54,812 nt of DNA, taken from positions 1 to 54,812 of the forward strand of contig CAYMHJ010000003.1 in NCBI GenBank assembly GCA_964390165.1, given 5' to 3'. Shown piece after piece: positions 15,701 to 22,705 of this stretch. The notes below the pieces were generated by a model. That model was given only the letters and a program-made list of their open reading frames with translations, did no database searches and had not been told where the DNA came from. Origin of the DNA: an uncultured Brevifollis sp. Lineage in GTDB: Bacteria > Verrucomicrobiota > Verrucomicrobiia > Verrucomicrobiales > Verrucomicrobiaceae. The translations under genes and the position numbers were made by a program. Numbering within the stretch: the first letter of the stretch is position 1; every line of letters starts with the position of its first letter.

Positions 15701-18228
15701 TTCCAGAAGAACTCCACGACCTTCGTCTTGCCATAACCTGTGCCCGCGTGGCCTTCAGGGTTCGAGTTGTCCGTGGTGTAGTAAAGGAAGACGCGGTAGC
15801 CGGAGAAGACTTGATTGGTCTGCGCCCACAGCTCGCCATGAGCGCCGCTTGTTGGATCGTGCTGGTTTCTCGCGGGCGAAAGTCCGCCAACCGCTGCGGC
15901 GGAGTCGTGATACAAAAAGCGGGCGCTGTCGCCATCGAGGAACGCGGTGCCGAAAGCCGCCGCAGCCTGGATACCGCCCGCGGCACCGAGGCGGTAAGTC
16001 TCCGCCCCCTGGCTGGAGGTCACGCAGCGCAGGCTCAGTGGCGCCGGCGGGTAGCGTTCGCGATTTCCCTCTACTTCGGGATTGGCCGGGTTGTTGGGGA
16101 AACTGGCGGGCGCAGTCGATGCGGCGGCGAAAAGCTCCGGCTGAAGTCGGCGAATAAAGTTAGGCTGCTCGTAGCCCATGAACATGTCATTGCTCACACC
16201 TGGCGGGCGATCACGCAGCGCGGGATCGACATTTCCGGGAGGCACATTGCCGTTCAGGTCGATGCCGCCATCCAGCTTCATCAGCACATTCTCCGCCGAG
16301 CCATCCACCCGCGCCACGAAGCGCACACCGCTCGTGTTTGTGACACGCGGAATGACCGCGCTGTAGGTGTAGTCTGTTGTCACCGTGTCCGCAGGCAGGA
16401 TGGGGCGCGATGCGTCGGGCAGCGCATCGCCATTGAAGGCTTTGTCACCATTCGGGCCGTCTTTCCGCTTCACCGCCACCGTGCCCGCCTCGACGCCGTT
16501 TTGCAGGATCGTCACGGGTCTCCCGCCATGATCCGACCACGGGCGGCTGGGGTCTGGATTCTTCCAGGAAAACAGGAAGTAGCCGCCCTGAGGCAGCACC
16601 GTGGAGGGCAACTCCTCCTTGTATTTGTAAAAGCCGCCGCCGTAGGTCGAGTAGTTGTACAGGTATGCCCCGCCTGGGAAGGCGCTGTCGAAACTGCGCG
16701 CGAGACCTTGCGAGTAATTGTCGCTTAGCATCACCAGAAGCGTCACGCCGTCCGCATCGCTCATCCCGCTGTTCTCACGCTTGTCGATGCGCTCCCAAAC
16801 CACCACGTCGCTGTCGCTGAAACGTCCCACCTGATACCCGCGAGCGAACTGCTCATGCACATAGAGCAGGTTCGGCACACGCGCGTCATTCCACTGTCCG
16901 AGAAAGCTCGTGTTGGCATGACGTGGGAAAGCACCGCCGCTTTCCCCCAGAGTCTCCGCCTGATAATTGCCATCCGTGTAGAGCAGGCCGAGACCATCAC
17001 GCAGGAAGTAGAAGGCGTGCTGGAGTTCCTTCCGCGCCGCGTAGTCGTTGTCATGGCTCTGCGCATGAGTCACACCATGATTGGCTGGAAAGCCGCCCGA
17101 TCCCGCCCAGTCGTAGCCTTGCAGGCCACTTGATGGATTGCCCAGACGGCTGTTGAGCTGGCTGCGCAGGTCGTTATCCACCAGACGCATCCCTGCATCG
17201 ACATACGGCCCGTATGCCGGAGGTTCGCCGAGATGCTCGCCGAACATCATCGCATCGTCACGACCTCCGCCGATGTCAAAAACTGTGTCGCGATGGTTCG
17301 CGTCGCTAAACCCACGCGTGATGTTGAACTGCCGCTGCACCTGGCCCGTGTAGCCGTAGTCGGAGGTGTCCTTGTCCGCGCCAAACGTCGCGCCAAAAAA
17401 GTCAGCGCGCACATGCTTCACCGCATCCAACCGCAGGCCATCCGCCTTTGTGCGGTCGATCAGCCAGCGTGCCGCGCGGTTCAGGTAATCCTCCACGCGC
17501 TCCTCATAGTAGGATTTGTTTGCGTTCAGAATCTCTGTCGTGATGCCATTGCCCGGACCAAAGCCCACATACGTCCCGTTTGGCAGGTAACAGTATTGCT
17601 CGGGCCGCAGCAGATCGCGCACGAATTTGATCTTCGGTGCCGTGGAGCCTTCCGTGAGGCCGAAGTTGTTGTTCGTCGTCCCCGGCTCCTGAGCGATGTC
17701 GATCAGGTCCGCGAGTCCGAGCTGCTGTACCTGCCAGGCATCATTCCACGAACGTGTGTTGTCCCACTTCCGGTAAAAGCCGTCCTGAGTCTTCCGCAGA
17801 TGGAAGTCCTCTGGCACCATGCCTGGGTAGATGTCGATGGGTGTGTTCTCATTGAACCCCGGCACATCAAAGGCGCGGTGGTTCATGATGTTGTCAAAAT
17901 AGACACGGATGCCAAAGCGATGCGCCACCTCCACGAGCCGGATCAACTCCGCCTCCGTCCCATAACGCGTCCGCACCGAGTTCCGCTGGTTTTTCGACCC
18001 CAGATCAAAGGGATCCCACATGTCATAGCCGACCGAGAGGCCACCCGAACCTTTCGTCGGCGGCGGCAGCCACAGCGAGGTATAGCCCGCCTCCGCCAGC
18101 TCCGGCATCTTTGCCGTGATCTCCGCCCACGAAGTATTAAAATATTGCAGCATCGTCTCAGCGCGGGCGGAGCCACCCATCAGCCAAAGGCTGAGAGCAA
18201 GAAAGAGGATGGAGCGCTTGGGGGACAT
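9751..18228 (-). CDS. Giant secreted GH13 alpha-amylase fused to Ca-binding repeats, a DOMON-like domain and a GH57/4-alpha-glucanotransferase-like module (~2825 aa)
   Basis: Likely start 18228 (MSPKRSILFLALSLWLMGGSARA signal peptide). GH13 motifs GYTSLWLPPP, GYDMWDPFDLG, VRTRYGT, VYFDNIMNH, DGLRLDAVKH, FGEHL, QSHDND. Many DxDGDG repeats. GH57-like PMALNITP, TTYGGHILPYF, PPE. The stop overlaps the next ATG (ATGA). Confidence 0.88.
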   Translation of the reverse strand: MSPKRSILFLALSLWLMGGSARAETMLQYFNTSWAEITAKMPELAEAGYTSLWLPPPTKGSGGLSVGYDMWDPFDLGSKNQRNSVRTRYGTEAELIRLVEVAHRFGIRVYFDNIMNHRAFDVPGFNENTPIDIYPGMVPEDFHLRKTQDGFYRKWDNTRSWNDAWQVQQLGLADLIDIAQEPGTTNNNFGLTEGSTAPKIKFVRDLLRPEQYCYLPNGTYVGFGPGNGITTEILNANKSYYEERVEDYLNRAARWLIDRTKADGLRLDAVKHVRADFFGATFGADKDTSDYGYTGQVQRQFNITRGFSDANHRDTVFDIGGGRDDAMMFGEHLGEPPAYGPYVDAGMRLVDNDLRSQLNSRLGNPSSGLQGYDWAGSGGFPANHGVTHAQSHDNDYAARKELQHAFYFLRDGLGLLYTDGNYQAETLGESGGAFPRHANTSFLGQWNDARVPNLLYVHEQFARGYQVGRFSDSDVVVWERIDKRENSGMSDADGVTLLVMLSDNYSQGLARSFDSAFPGGAYLYNYSTYGGGFYKYKEELPSTVLPQGGYFLFSWKNPDPSRPWSDHGGRPVTILQNGVEAGTVAVKRKDGPNGDKAFNGDALPDASRPILPADTVTTDYTYSAVIPRVTNTSGVRFVARVDGSAENVLMKLDGGIDLNGNVPPGNVDPALRDRPPGVSNDMFMGYEQPNFIRRLQPELFAAASTAPASFPNNPANPEVEGNRERYPPAPLSLRCVTSSQGAETYRLGAAGGIQAAAAFGTAFLDGDSARFLYHDSAAAVGGLSPARNQHDPTSGAHGELWAQTNQVFSGYRVFLYYTTDNSNPEGHAGTGYGKTKVVEFFWNHNETLNFTSPTQTVATDWWKCALPSDFDSNSRYKIGAHKEAAPSWWPGNDYSVRRKQHMLTEFQTNELDLTTLPVHPHNDYGVSQTGLSEGMHVIRARAFLNRAGKASIYNTFTQSFYYDAQRASGEVCFPENNGDAVGGSEYGIVVRTDPSVTEVWYHIDDNSSSNDDSITRGQNGNGGGFEPFTDSNRNGTRDVSETYTDLNENGVWDGSIGTAWVKAAEVTPSVEPTNIAYTKEWRFNYANIPADGSATIKVRLRELSSASFKDFHLADVAGHYTTLERVVNCAGPDIRMFVAWPPNDGDLVGTGYVMKVYFTKSLADGLSGTQLRERFTIRIGSNETNQSTAYPRTDYTINYDETSEYHALAFTLPNLYNDQPDYLHRVEVTHDRPSPNPDLHATRLVKAEPSIIPRINIVTPPEFDSSSKPYEIVLPDVSSPTPDQRKFTIRVTTSVAADSVVLNVNNGPMTINGPVTSIDGSSKNWDFTWENMQQGEFQFTATVFDNGNENHETRNTRVFFRQVAPASAADPDDDDDGLIDGDEATATPLPNGFPSTDPRYKPNAEQWTNGEVHIHHAFGKTDPRNPDTDGDGLPDALEVGWRNATIIGEDFSDTGFGTSPVLGAGNGVFDWTDTNNNGQHDVGEDSESFTDGDADGMFDFGTLLSRDSNGDGVTNFRGDIDPPFYNTLDNLNKVPGVNTAAEGGDRSKLLRGSTTKPDDPDSDNDGILDGVEDANKNGWLDGDGASIAPGDAPTTVRNWPNKVRDPDETWTETDPNNPDTDGDGLMDGNGEDKNGNGLIDGDTGKDRIWAAGEIWTETDSLKADTDGDGLPDGWEVRYGLDPLDSGTVSLRGLVANADNGPAGDPDGDGFTNLQELTNGTNPVEDNTIPAATPGQIVIGPQMPVIVGGVTNNREFTDWQIDDLIALDEYNGDGTNNQGTDLYRNGDGFDSSRDLVAFYAHDGGAVANGGDDTFYFRADFQDLKALAEEGNMDLYVVIDFNSPTVGESALPDSIDTRTDMKWEVCVAAYSTDNGAVYVDTNVASNSTSINQDLMPFGVMRRSQHEADGFKKSWYNSAMDAVEFSIGRKALLDAGWNGNVSTLNYQVFTTKDGTQNTPTRGAGDLAGRSDIRDSVADDWIASDYWRDQSTLSGTGSVLKTWFGPGGTNDRWKRVKVASFIQENRPLLAGNEIHALISNGTGAGWYRPLDVHQAYTVPMALNITPVMAHAIQWAKVDPAVNKPWLDGPAFNMRLDQLGALGTVRFTGTTYGGHILPYFPTSYNVTNLADADSAMAEIYHSNPLVVPPPELSIEDQTYEDFKAAGYTFTIVEQTRHIEKWFGRTTALGNDGYRLNRIRGVQTFAISDQATQFRFQNTDGGLHTSLRELLNRKARSGTQDQVVILGSGWSDFTSKASADAYDINLAWMASRPWIQITTPEAIAAGEVDSNRDGTPEAWPFVERGTPALPLVSKDFVHYATQENYDHWYFGQSGREEGLSPKIFNVRPSVPLPGAFGQIGVSGLVNSAWTAGTTLAVAEPNLGLLTRNAFHGAMWLTAFHDQPTADLSKYSTGDYIHPDTSNNNLAGFSKAAQSQFRWAAVYQKVSQWAATAGALLNSSSANVEDADLDGEAEYLIFNDRVFAMFERIGGRMSCAFVRDLTTGRVLQVVGNPHSYSGFETEEEGAVNVISGVVGSYRTSGFKDWYAGGTNSISYNNDLFTAAATTNGFIFTSADGKITKTITLAPRANALRASVALTGGVTTLYQRHGLSPHLQNLLVKGQTHLGAVSNIGDIVSLTNFAPDAVVRAYVRGISGTTYNVGAIDDDPVTQFDTLNMRNQAQTQQVEFALANGASFDLGFETGPTLSESIDGDALPDAWEAANNLDNTDGTGVNGNTGNPDHDRYTNLEEYILGLNPGVHDLYLPSPVKTPTGFQVSFATMPDRWYRVFYSDDLSDWEPLTSDLLGTGTTQIIDDNTTQPARFYRVEVRLVMP
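13060..14125 (-). repeat. Cluster of thrombospondin type-3-like / EF-hand-like Asp-rich repeats within the giant amylase
   Basis: Repeated units DPDDDDDGLIDGDE, TDPRNPDTDGDGLPDALE, PDDPDSDNDGILDGVED, TDPNNPDTDGDGLMDG, ADTDGDGLPDGWE and DPDGDGFTNLQE. Confidence 0.8.
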
Positions 18229-18537
18229 GCGGAGATCTTGAAAATTCACGGCTGGCTTTGCGGATCTTGTTTCGCTGAAAGGCCGGAAGTCGTGGAGTCT
18301 GCCATCCCAAGTGGCGATGAGACGACTACAAAAAGCGACCGATGGCGTGACATGGCAGAGGGGTTGGAAGGGTGGCGGGCAGATGGGCCTACCCACCACC
18401 CAGCCGAAGGAAGTGCAGCAGTTTTAGGTGCCGGTGGACTTTCTGTCCTTTGGTGATCCGTCTATTTTGAAAGACTCTTTTCCCCGCTGACATAGAGCGT
18501 GATGCTCAGATTCCCCTTTTCTGTCCGGGGCTCTGGT

Positions 18538-20391
18538 TCACGGCTTCTCGAAGCGCCGACGCAGCTCGGTGAAGTAGCGGCGGACCTGCTCCCGTCGTGA
18601 GGGCGGCAGTGCGGCTTCATCGAGCGCTTCTTCTTCGGCGGCCAGGGCCTCGGCGGCGATTTGGCTGGCTGTGCGGCTGGCGTCTTCTTTGCGTGCTCCA
18701 CCCTCGATGCTGCGGACGCTGGAGGCACCGTCGTTGTTCTGCTGTGCGGCGACGACGTTTTGGTTTCCTGCTTTCTGCGTGTCGGTGGCTTTGGCGTTGA
18801 GGTCGGCTTTGCCAACTCCGGGGTCTTTGCCGCCGGGCATGAAGATGGCCATGGGCTGGCCTTCGCCGGGGTTTTCTCCCGGTGGGCCGAGCATGAAGGC
18901 ATCTGGCTTTTCACCGGGCTTTTGTCCTGGGATGGGGGCGAAGAGCATGGGCTGGCCATCCTTTGGCTGCTGCCCTTGCTGGCCTGGCTGGGCCGTGAGC
19001 ATCTGCTGCTGCCCGGTGCCGGGCACGGGGTTTTGCTGCATCATCTGCTGCTGGCCCTGGCTCATCTGGCCGAGACCGGGTGGCTGCATCTGCTGCTGGC
19101 CTTGCTGCTCCGGTAGTTGTGGCTGTGCCTGGCCGACCTGCGGGGTCTGTCCCTGCTGCCCCTGCTGTTGCTGGCTCTGCTGCCCGGCGGCGGCCATTTC
19201 CTTCATCCCACCGGCTTCGTTTTGGCCGGTGATGCTGCTGCCTGCATCGCGGAGCTGTTGGGCCAGCTTTTCTAGCACTTTCTGCGCTTGTTCGCGGCGG
19301 GCTTGATCGCGCATTTTTTCCGCCAGCTTCTGGAATTCGGTCCCGGCAGCGGCGGGCTGGATCTTTTGCATCTGCTCCGCGGCGCTGAGGACGTGCTGGC
19401 CGACGGTGCGGGTCTTGTCTTCCTTTTCGGCGCTTTTTTCGCTGTCCTTCAAGGTCTCGTTCAGACGCTCGCGGGTGTCGTGGGTGAGCTGCGGTGACTG
19501 GAGCTGCTGGGCGAGGGCGTCGGCGGATTTGGCGGTCTGGCTGGCGTTCTTCGCGGCCACGGCGTCGCCGAGGTCGGCGGTGTCGGCGTGCTCGCGGAGG
19601 GACTGGATGAGTTTGTCAGAAGCCCAGGTGTCTTTGTCGGCGGCGAGACGGTCGGCCAGCTTTTCGGCTTCACGGGCACGGCGCTCGAGGTCGGACATGA
19701 TGTCGCGGGCGTCTTTGCCACCGGCTTGCTCGAGGTCTTCGGCGGTTTGCTTGAGGCTCTGCTTCAGCTTCTCCAAAGCGGCCTGCTCCTCGGCGTCGAG
19801 ACCTTCGAGCTTCTTCTTTTGCCAATCAGTCTGCGCGAGCTTCTCACCTTCTTTTTTAGCCACCTGTTCCATCTTTTCATCCAGAGTGAGCACATCGGGC
19901 TCTGGATGCACGGCTGCGCTGATGAAGAGTCCGGCGAGGGCAAGCAGCGGAGGCAGCCAGAGCCAGCGGTGAGGCTGAAGCGGGAGATCGCGTGCGAGGG
20001 CGGTTTGTGCCTCGGGCAAAATCGCCCGCTGGGCCTCGATGTGGGTCTTCTGAGCCTCCGTGAGTGCCTGCTGCTGCTCGAACCACCACGCGGAGGCGAA
20101 TGCTTCACGACGACCAGCGGCCTGATCCCAAAGCGCGAGCACGCTGTAGCTGCCAGGCCTCTGCCAAAGGATGTAGGCCAGTGGTGCGATGAGCCATGTG
20201 GCGAGGGCGATCCATGCCAGGATGGCAAAGACATGACTGCCGCTGATGATGGCGACAAGAGAGAGGGCTGCGATGCCGCCGGCGGCGATCCAAAGCGTGC
20301 ATCCGAGCCAGCCCAGCCAGCGCCTCAGCGCCACCCGACGCGCCACCTTCTGCGCGATGGGCGCGAAGGTGATGTCAGTGGTGGCGTGCAT
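18538..20391 (-). CDS. Membrane-anchored coiled-coil, Gln-rich hypothetical protein (DUF4175-like architecture)
   Basis: About three N-terminal TM segments, a long EKQ-rich heptad region, a Q/G/P low-complexity tract, and C-terminal LPPSRREQVRRYF. Likely start 20391. Confidence 0.75.
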   Translation of the reverse strand: MHATTDITFAPIAQKVARRVALRRWLGWLGCTLWIAAGGIAALSLVAIISGSHVFAILAWIALATWLIAPLAYILWQRPGSYSVLALWDQAAGRREAFASAWWFEQQQALTEAQKTHIEAQRAILPEAQTALARDLPLQPHRWLWLPPLLALAGLFISAAVHPEPDVLTLDEKMEQVAKKEGEKLAQTDWQKKKLEGLDAEEQAALEKLKQSLKQTAEDLEQAGGKDARDIMSDLERRAREAEKLADRLAADKDTWASDKLIQSLREHADTADLGDAVAAKNASQTAKSADALAQQLQSPQLTHDTRERLNETLKDSEKSAEKEDKTRTVGQHVLSAAEQMQKIQPAAAGTEFQKLAEKMRDQARREQAQKVLEKLAQQLRDAGSSITGQNEAGGMKEMAAAGQQSQQQQGQQGQTPQVGQAQPQLPEQQGQQQMQPPGLGQMSQGQQQMMQQNPVPGTGQQQMLTAQPGQQGQQPKDGQPMLFAPIPGQKPGEKPDAFMLGPPGENPGEGQPMAIFMPGGKDPGVGKADLNAKATDTQKAGNQNVVAAQQNNDGASSVRSIEGGARKEDASRTASQIAAEALAAEEEALDEAALPPSRREQVRRYFTELRRRFEKP

Positions 20392-20549
20392 GGTGGCATT
20401 GTGAGCACGAGAGCCTGGGATGCGAGGATGAAATGAGGAATTTCCATGGCAGAAGGCCGCCAGCCCCACGGACGCTGCCGAGTGTGGACTGAGGGCGTCT
20501 TGGTCAAATGAAGACTCGGCAGGCAGGCTCGGCTGGCTAGGATGAGAGC

Positions 20550-22577
20550 ATGATGCGAGCGATAGTGATCCCCAGCCTGCTCTGCCTGACCCTGACCCAT
20601 GCGCAGGAGGCCCTGGACCGTGTGAGCACGATCCGTGGTCTAGATGCCGGAAGGAGGGAGCAGCATTTGCCGGTGCGGCTGGATGCTGTGATCACCTATT
20701 ATCATCCTGGCTGGGGTGTGCTTTTCGTGCATGACGGCACGGACGGGATCTGCGTCGGGGTGTCTGAGGACAAACGGCCGAAGGCCCCGTACCATCCAGG
20801 TATGAGGCTGAAGGTGGAGGGGTGGGTGGGGCCGGGAGAGTTCCTGCCTGTGGTGCTTCCGGGTGAACTGGAGGTGGGTGGGGAAAGAGACCTGCCGACC
20901 TATGAGTCAGTGAATGCTGAAAAGCTGTTCACACCCGCGATGGATGCCCGCCCGGTGGAGGTGAAAGCGATTGTGAAAGGTACGTGGTTTGGTGAAGAGA
21001 GTCTCGTGGTGGAGCTGGAGGTGGAGGGGAGAAACATCCGCGCCATCCTGCCGCAGACGGAGCCGCTGCGGCAGCTCGTGGAGCAGCAGGTGCGCGTGCG
21101 AGGCGTGGTGGGGACGCATTTTAATGACCAGCGGCAGATGAGCGGTCGGCTGCTCTTCGTACAAAACCTGGAATCCTTTGCCCTGGTGGATGAGCTGAAG
21201 CCACCGGGCCCGGCCCCGCTGGTGCCTGTGGACGGACTGCTGCGAGTGGACAGCCCGCTGCGCCAGCGTGTGCGTGTGCGCGGCGTGACGACCCATGTGG
21301 CAGAAGGGCGCGGCCTGTATCTGCGTGGGGAGGGCGGCAGCATGTTTGTGCAGACGGCGCAGTCGATGAAACTGCAGACCGGGGAGGAGGTGGAGGCGGA
21401 GGGCTACCCCATCGTCACACCTTTCCGCCCCAGCCTGAGTGCGGTGGATGTGAAAAAAACGGGAATGGCGGCGAAACCGGAGCCAGTGGAGTTTCACGCG
21501 GCACAAACCCGCCACAGCCGTGAGCAGTGTGAACTGGTCTCCCTCACGGCTGATCTGCTGGAGGTGAACCGTGACCGGGCGGGGATGAATCTGGTGTGCC
21601 GCACCGAGTGGCAGACCTTTGAGGCGACGCTCGGGCTGCCTTGGCAGCCTGCGGTGGAGCTGATGCCGGGCATGAAGCTGCGCCTGACGGGAATCTGTGA
21701 GTTTATCACGGACAGGCCACTGGTCATCCCGCGCAATGCGACTGGCTTCCGGCTCATCCTGCGCCAGGCGGAGGACATCCGTGTCCTGGCCCAGGCACCC
21801 TGGTGGACGGAGCAGAGGGCGCGCTGGCTGCTGGGATCACTGCTGGCGCTGGCGGCGGCTGCCGGCATCTGGGCGGTGACATTGCAGTTCATGGTAAACA
21901 AGCAGAAGAATGTGATCCGCCAGCAGGCGGAGCAGCAGGCGACGCTGGAGGAGCGCCAGCGCATCGCCCAGGATCTGCATGACACTCTGGAGCAGGAGCT
22001 GGTGGGCGTGAACATGCTTTTGGATGACACGGCGCGGCGGATGAATGGCGGGGAGGCACCCGCCACACAGCCCCTGGAGCTGGCACGCAGACTCCTCCGC
22101 AGGGCACGCGAGGATTCGCGCAGCACGATCCGCGAACTCCGCAGCGTGGCTCTGGAGAAGCGCGGTCTGCCAGCGGCCATCGAGGAGCTGCTGCGGCCAC
22201 TGGCGGTGGCGGCGGGAGCCGACTTCATCGTGGCTGTGAATGGAACTCCGGCTCGACTGGCGGGCACCCTGGAGACAAATTTGCTCCGGTTGGTGCAGGA
22301 AGCTGTGGCAAACGCGGCCAAACACGCCCGCGCCAAAAGGATCGAAGTGCGGCTCGACTATGAACAGGAATCCATTCGGCTGAGCGTGAGGGACGACGGC
22401 TCGGGCTTTGACCCTGCGGCGATGACCGTGCTGGCGGGGCACTTTGGCCTCAGCGGTATGCGCGAGCGTGCGGAAAAGATGGCCGGACGCCTCCGCATCC
22501 ACAGTGCTCCAGGCAAAGGCACGGAGGTCGAGGTGCATGTGCCGCAACCGGAGTTCCCGACGCCGACCGATGCCTGA
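20550..22577 (+). CDS. Sensor histidine kinase (HisKA_3 / NarX-DegS class)
   Basis: Signal peptide, large extracytoplasmic region and one TM (PWWTEQRARWLL...). H-box ERQRIAQDLHDTLEQ, N-box QEAVANAAKHA, G boxes DDGSGF, GHFGLSGMRER and APGKGT. Confidence 0.93.
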   Translation: MMRAIVIPSLLCLTLTHAQEALDRVSTIRGLDAGRREQHLPVRLDAVITYYHPGWGVLFVHDGTDGICVGVSEDKRPKAPYHPGMRLKVEGWVGPGEFLPVVLPGELEVGGERDLPTYESVNAEKLFTPAMDARPVEVKAIVKGTWFGEESLVVELEVEGRNIRAILPQTEPLRQLVEQQVRVRGVVGTHFNDQRQMSGRLLFVQNLESFALVDELKPPGPAPLVPVDGLLRVDSPLRQRVRVRGVTTHVAEGRGLYLRGEGGSMFVQTAQSMKLQTGEEVEAEGYPIVTPFRPSLSAVDVKKTGMAAKPEPVEFHAAQTRHSREQCELVSLTADLLEVNRDRAGMNLVCRTEWQTFEATLGLPWQPAVELMPGMKLRLTGICEFITDRPLVIPRNATGFRLILRQAEDIRVLAQAPWWTEQRARWLLGSLLALAAAAGIWAVTLQFMVNKQKNVIRQQAEQQATLEERQRIAQDLHDTLEQELVGVNMLLDDTARRMNGGEAPATQPLELARRLLRRAREDSRSTIRELRSVALEKRGLPAAIEELLRPLAVAAGADFIVAVNGTPARLAGTLETNLLRLVQEAVANAAKHARAKRIEVRLDYEQESIRLSVRDDGSGFDPAAMTVLAGHFGLSGMRERAEKMAGRLRIHSAPGKGTEVEVHVPQPEFPTPTDA

Positions 22578-22705
22578 GTGCAGGAGCCTTTCGCGAGATT
22601 TAGGGCGGCTGTTCCGGAGGGCTTGCATGGCGTTATGGCATGCCTGGCACCGCGATCTTTGATTTCGCTTCTCATCGCCCACATCCCCGCTAGCCTCGCC
22701 ATCGA

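Noticed and set aside
18254..18303. GGCAGAC...GAAA...CGCAAAGCC in the amylase leader, resembling a c-di-GMP-I riboswitch
   Set aside because: The P2 arms around GAAA do not pair, and there is no room or sequence for P3 before the ATG.
18229..18399. 57-aa N-terminal extension of the 2882-aa ORF (similar extensions at 2663, 20469, 27007, 29664, 29774, 32229, 48215 and 51307)
   Set aside because: Signal peptides or family N-termini begin at downstream ATGs; the extensions are longest-ORF artefacts.
6254..18456. Long plus-strand ORFs (441, 353, 903, 348, 296, 420 and 407 aa)
   Set aside because: Antisense shadows of the GC3-rich amylase genes, with no recognisable motifs.
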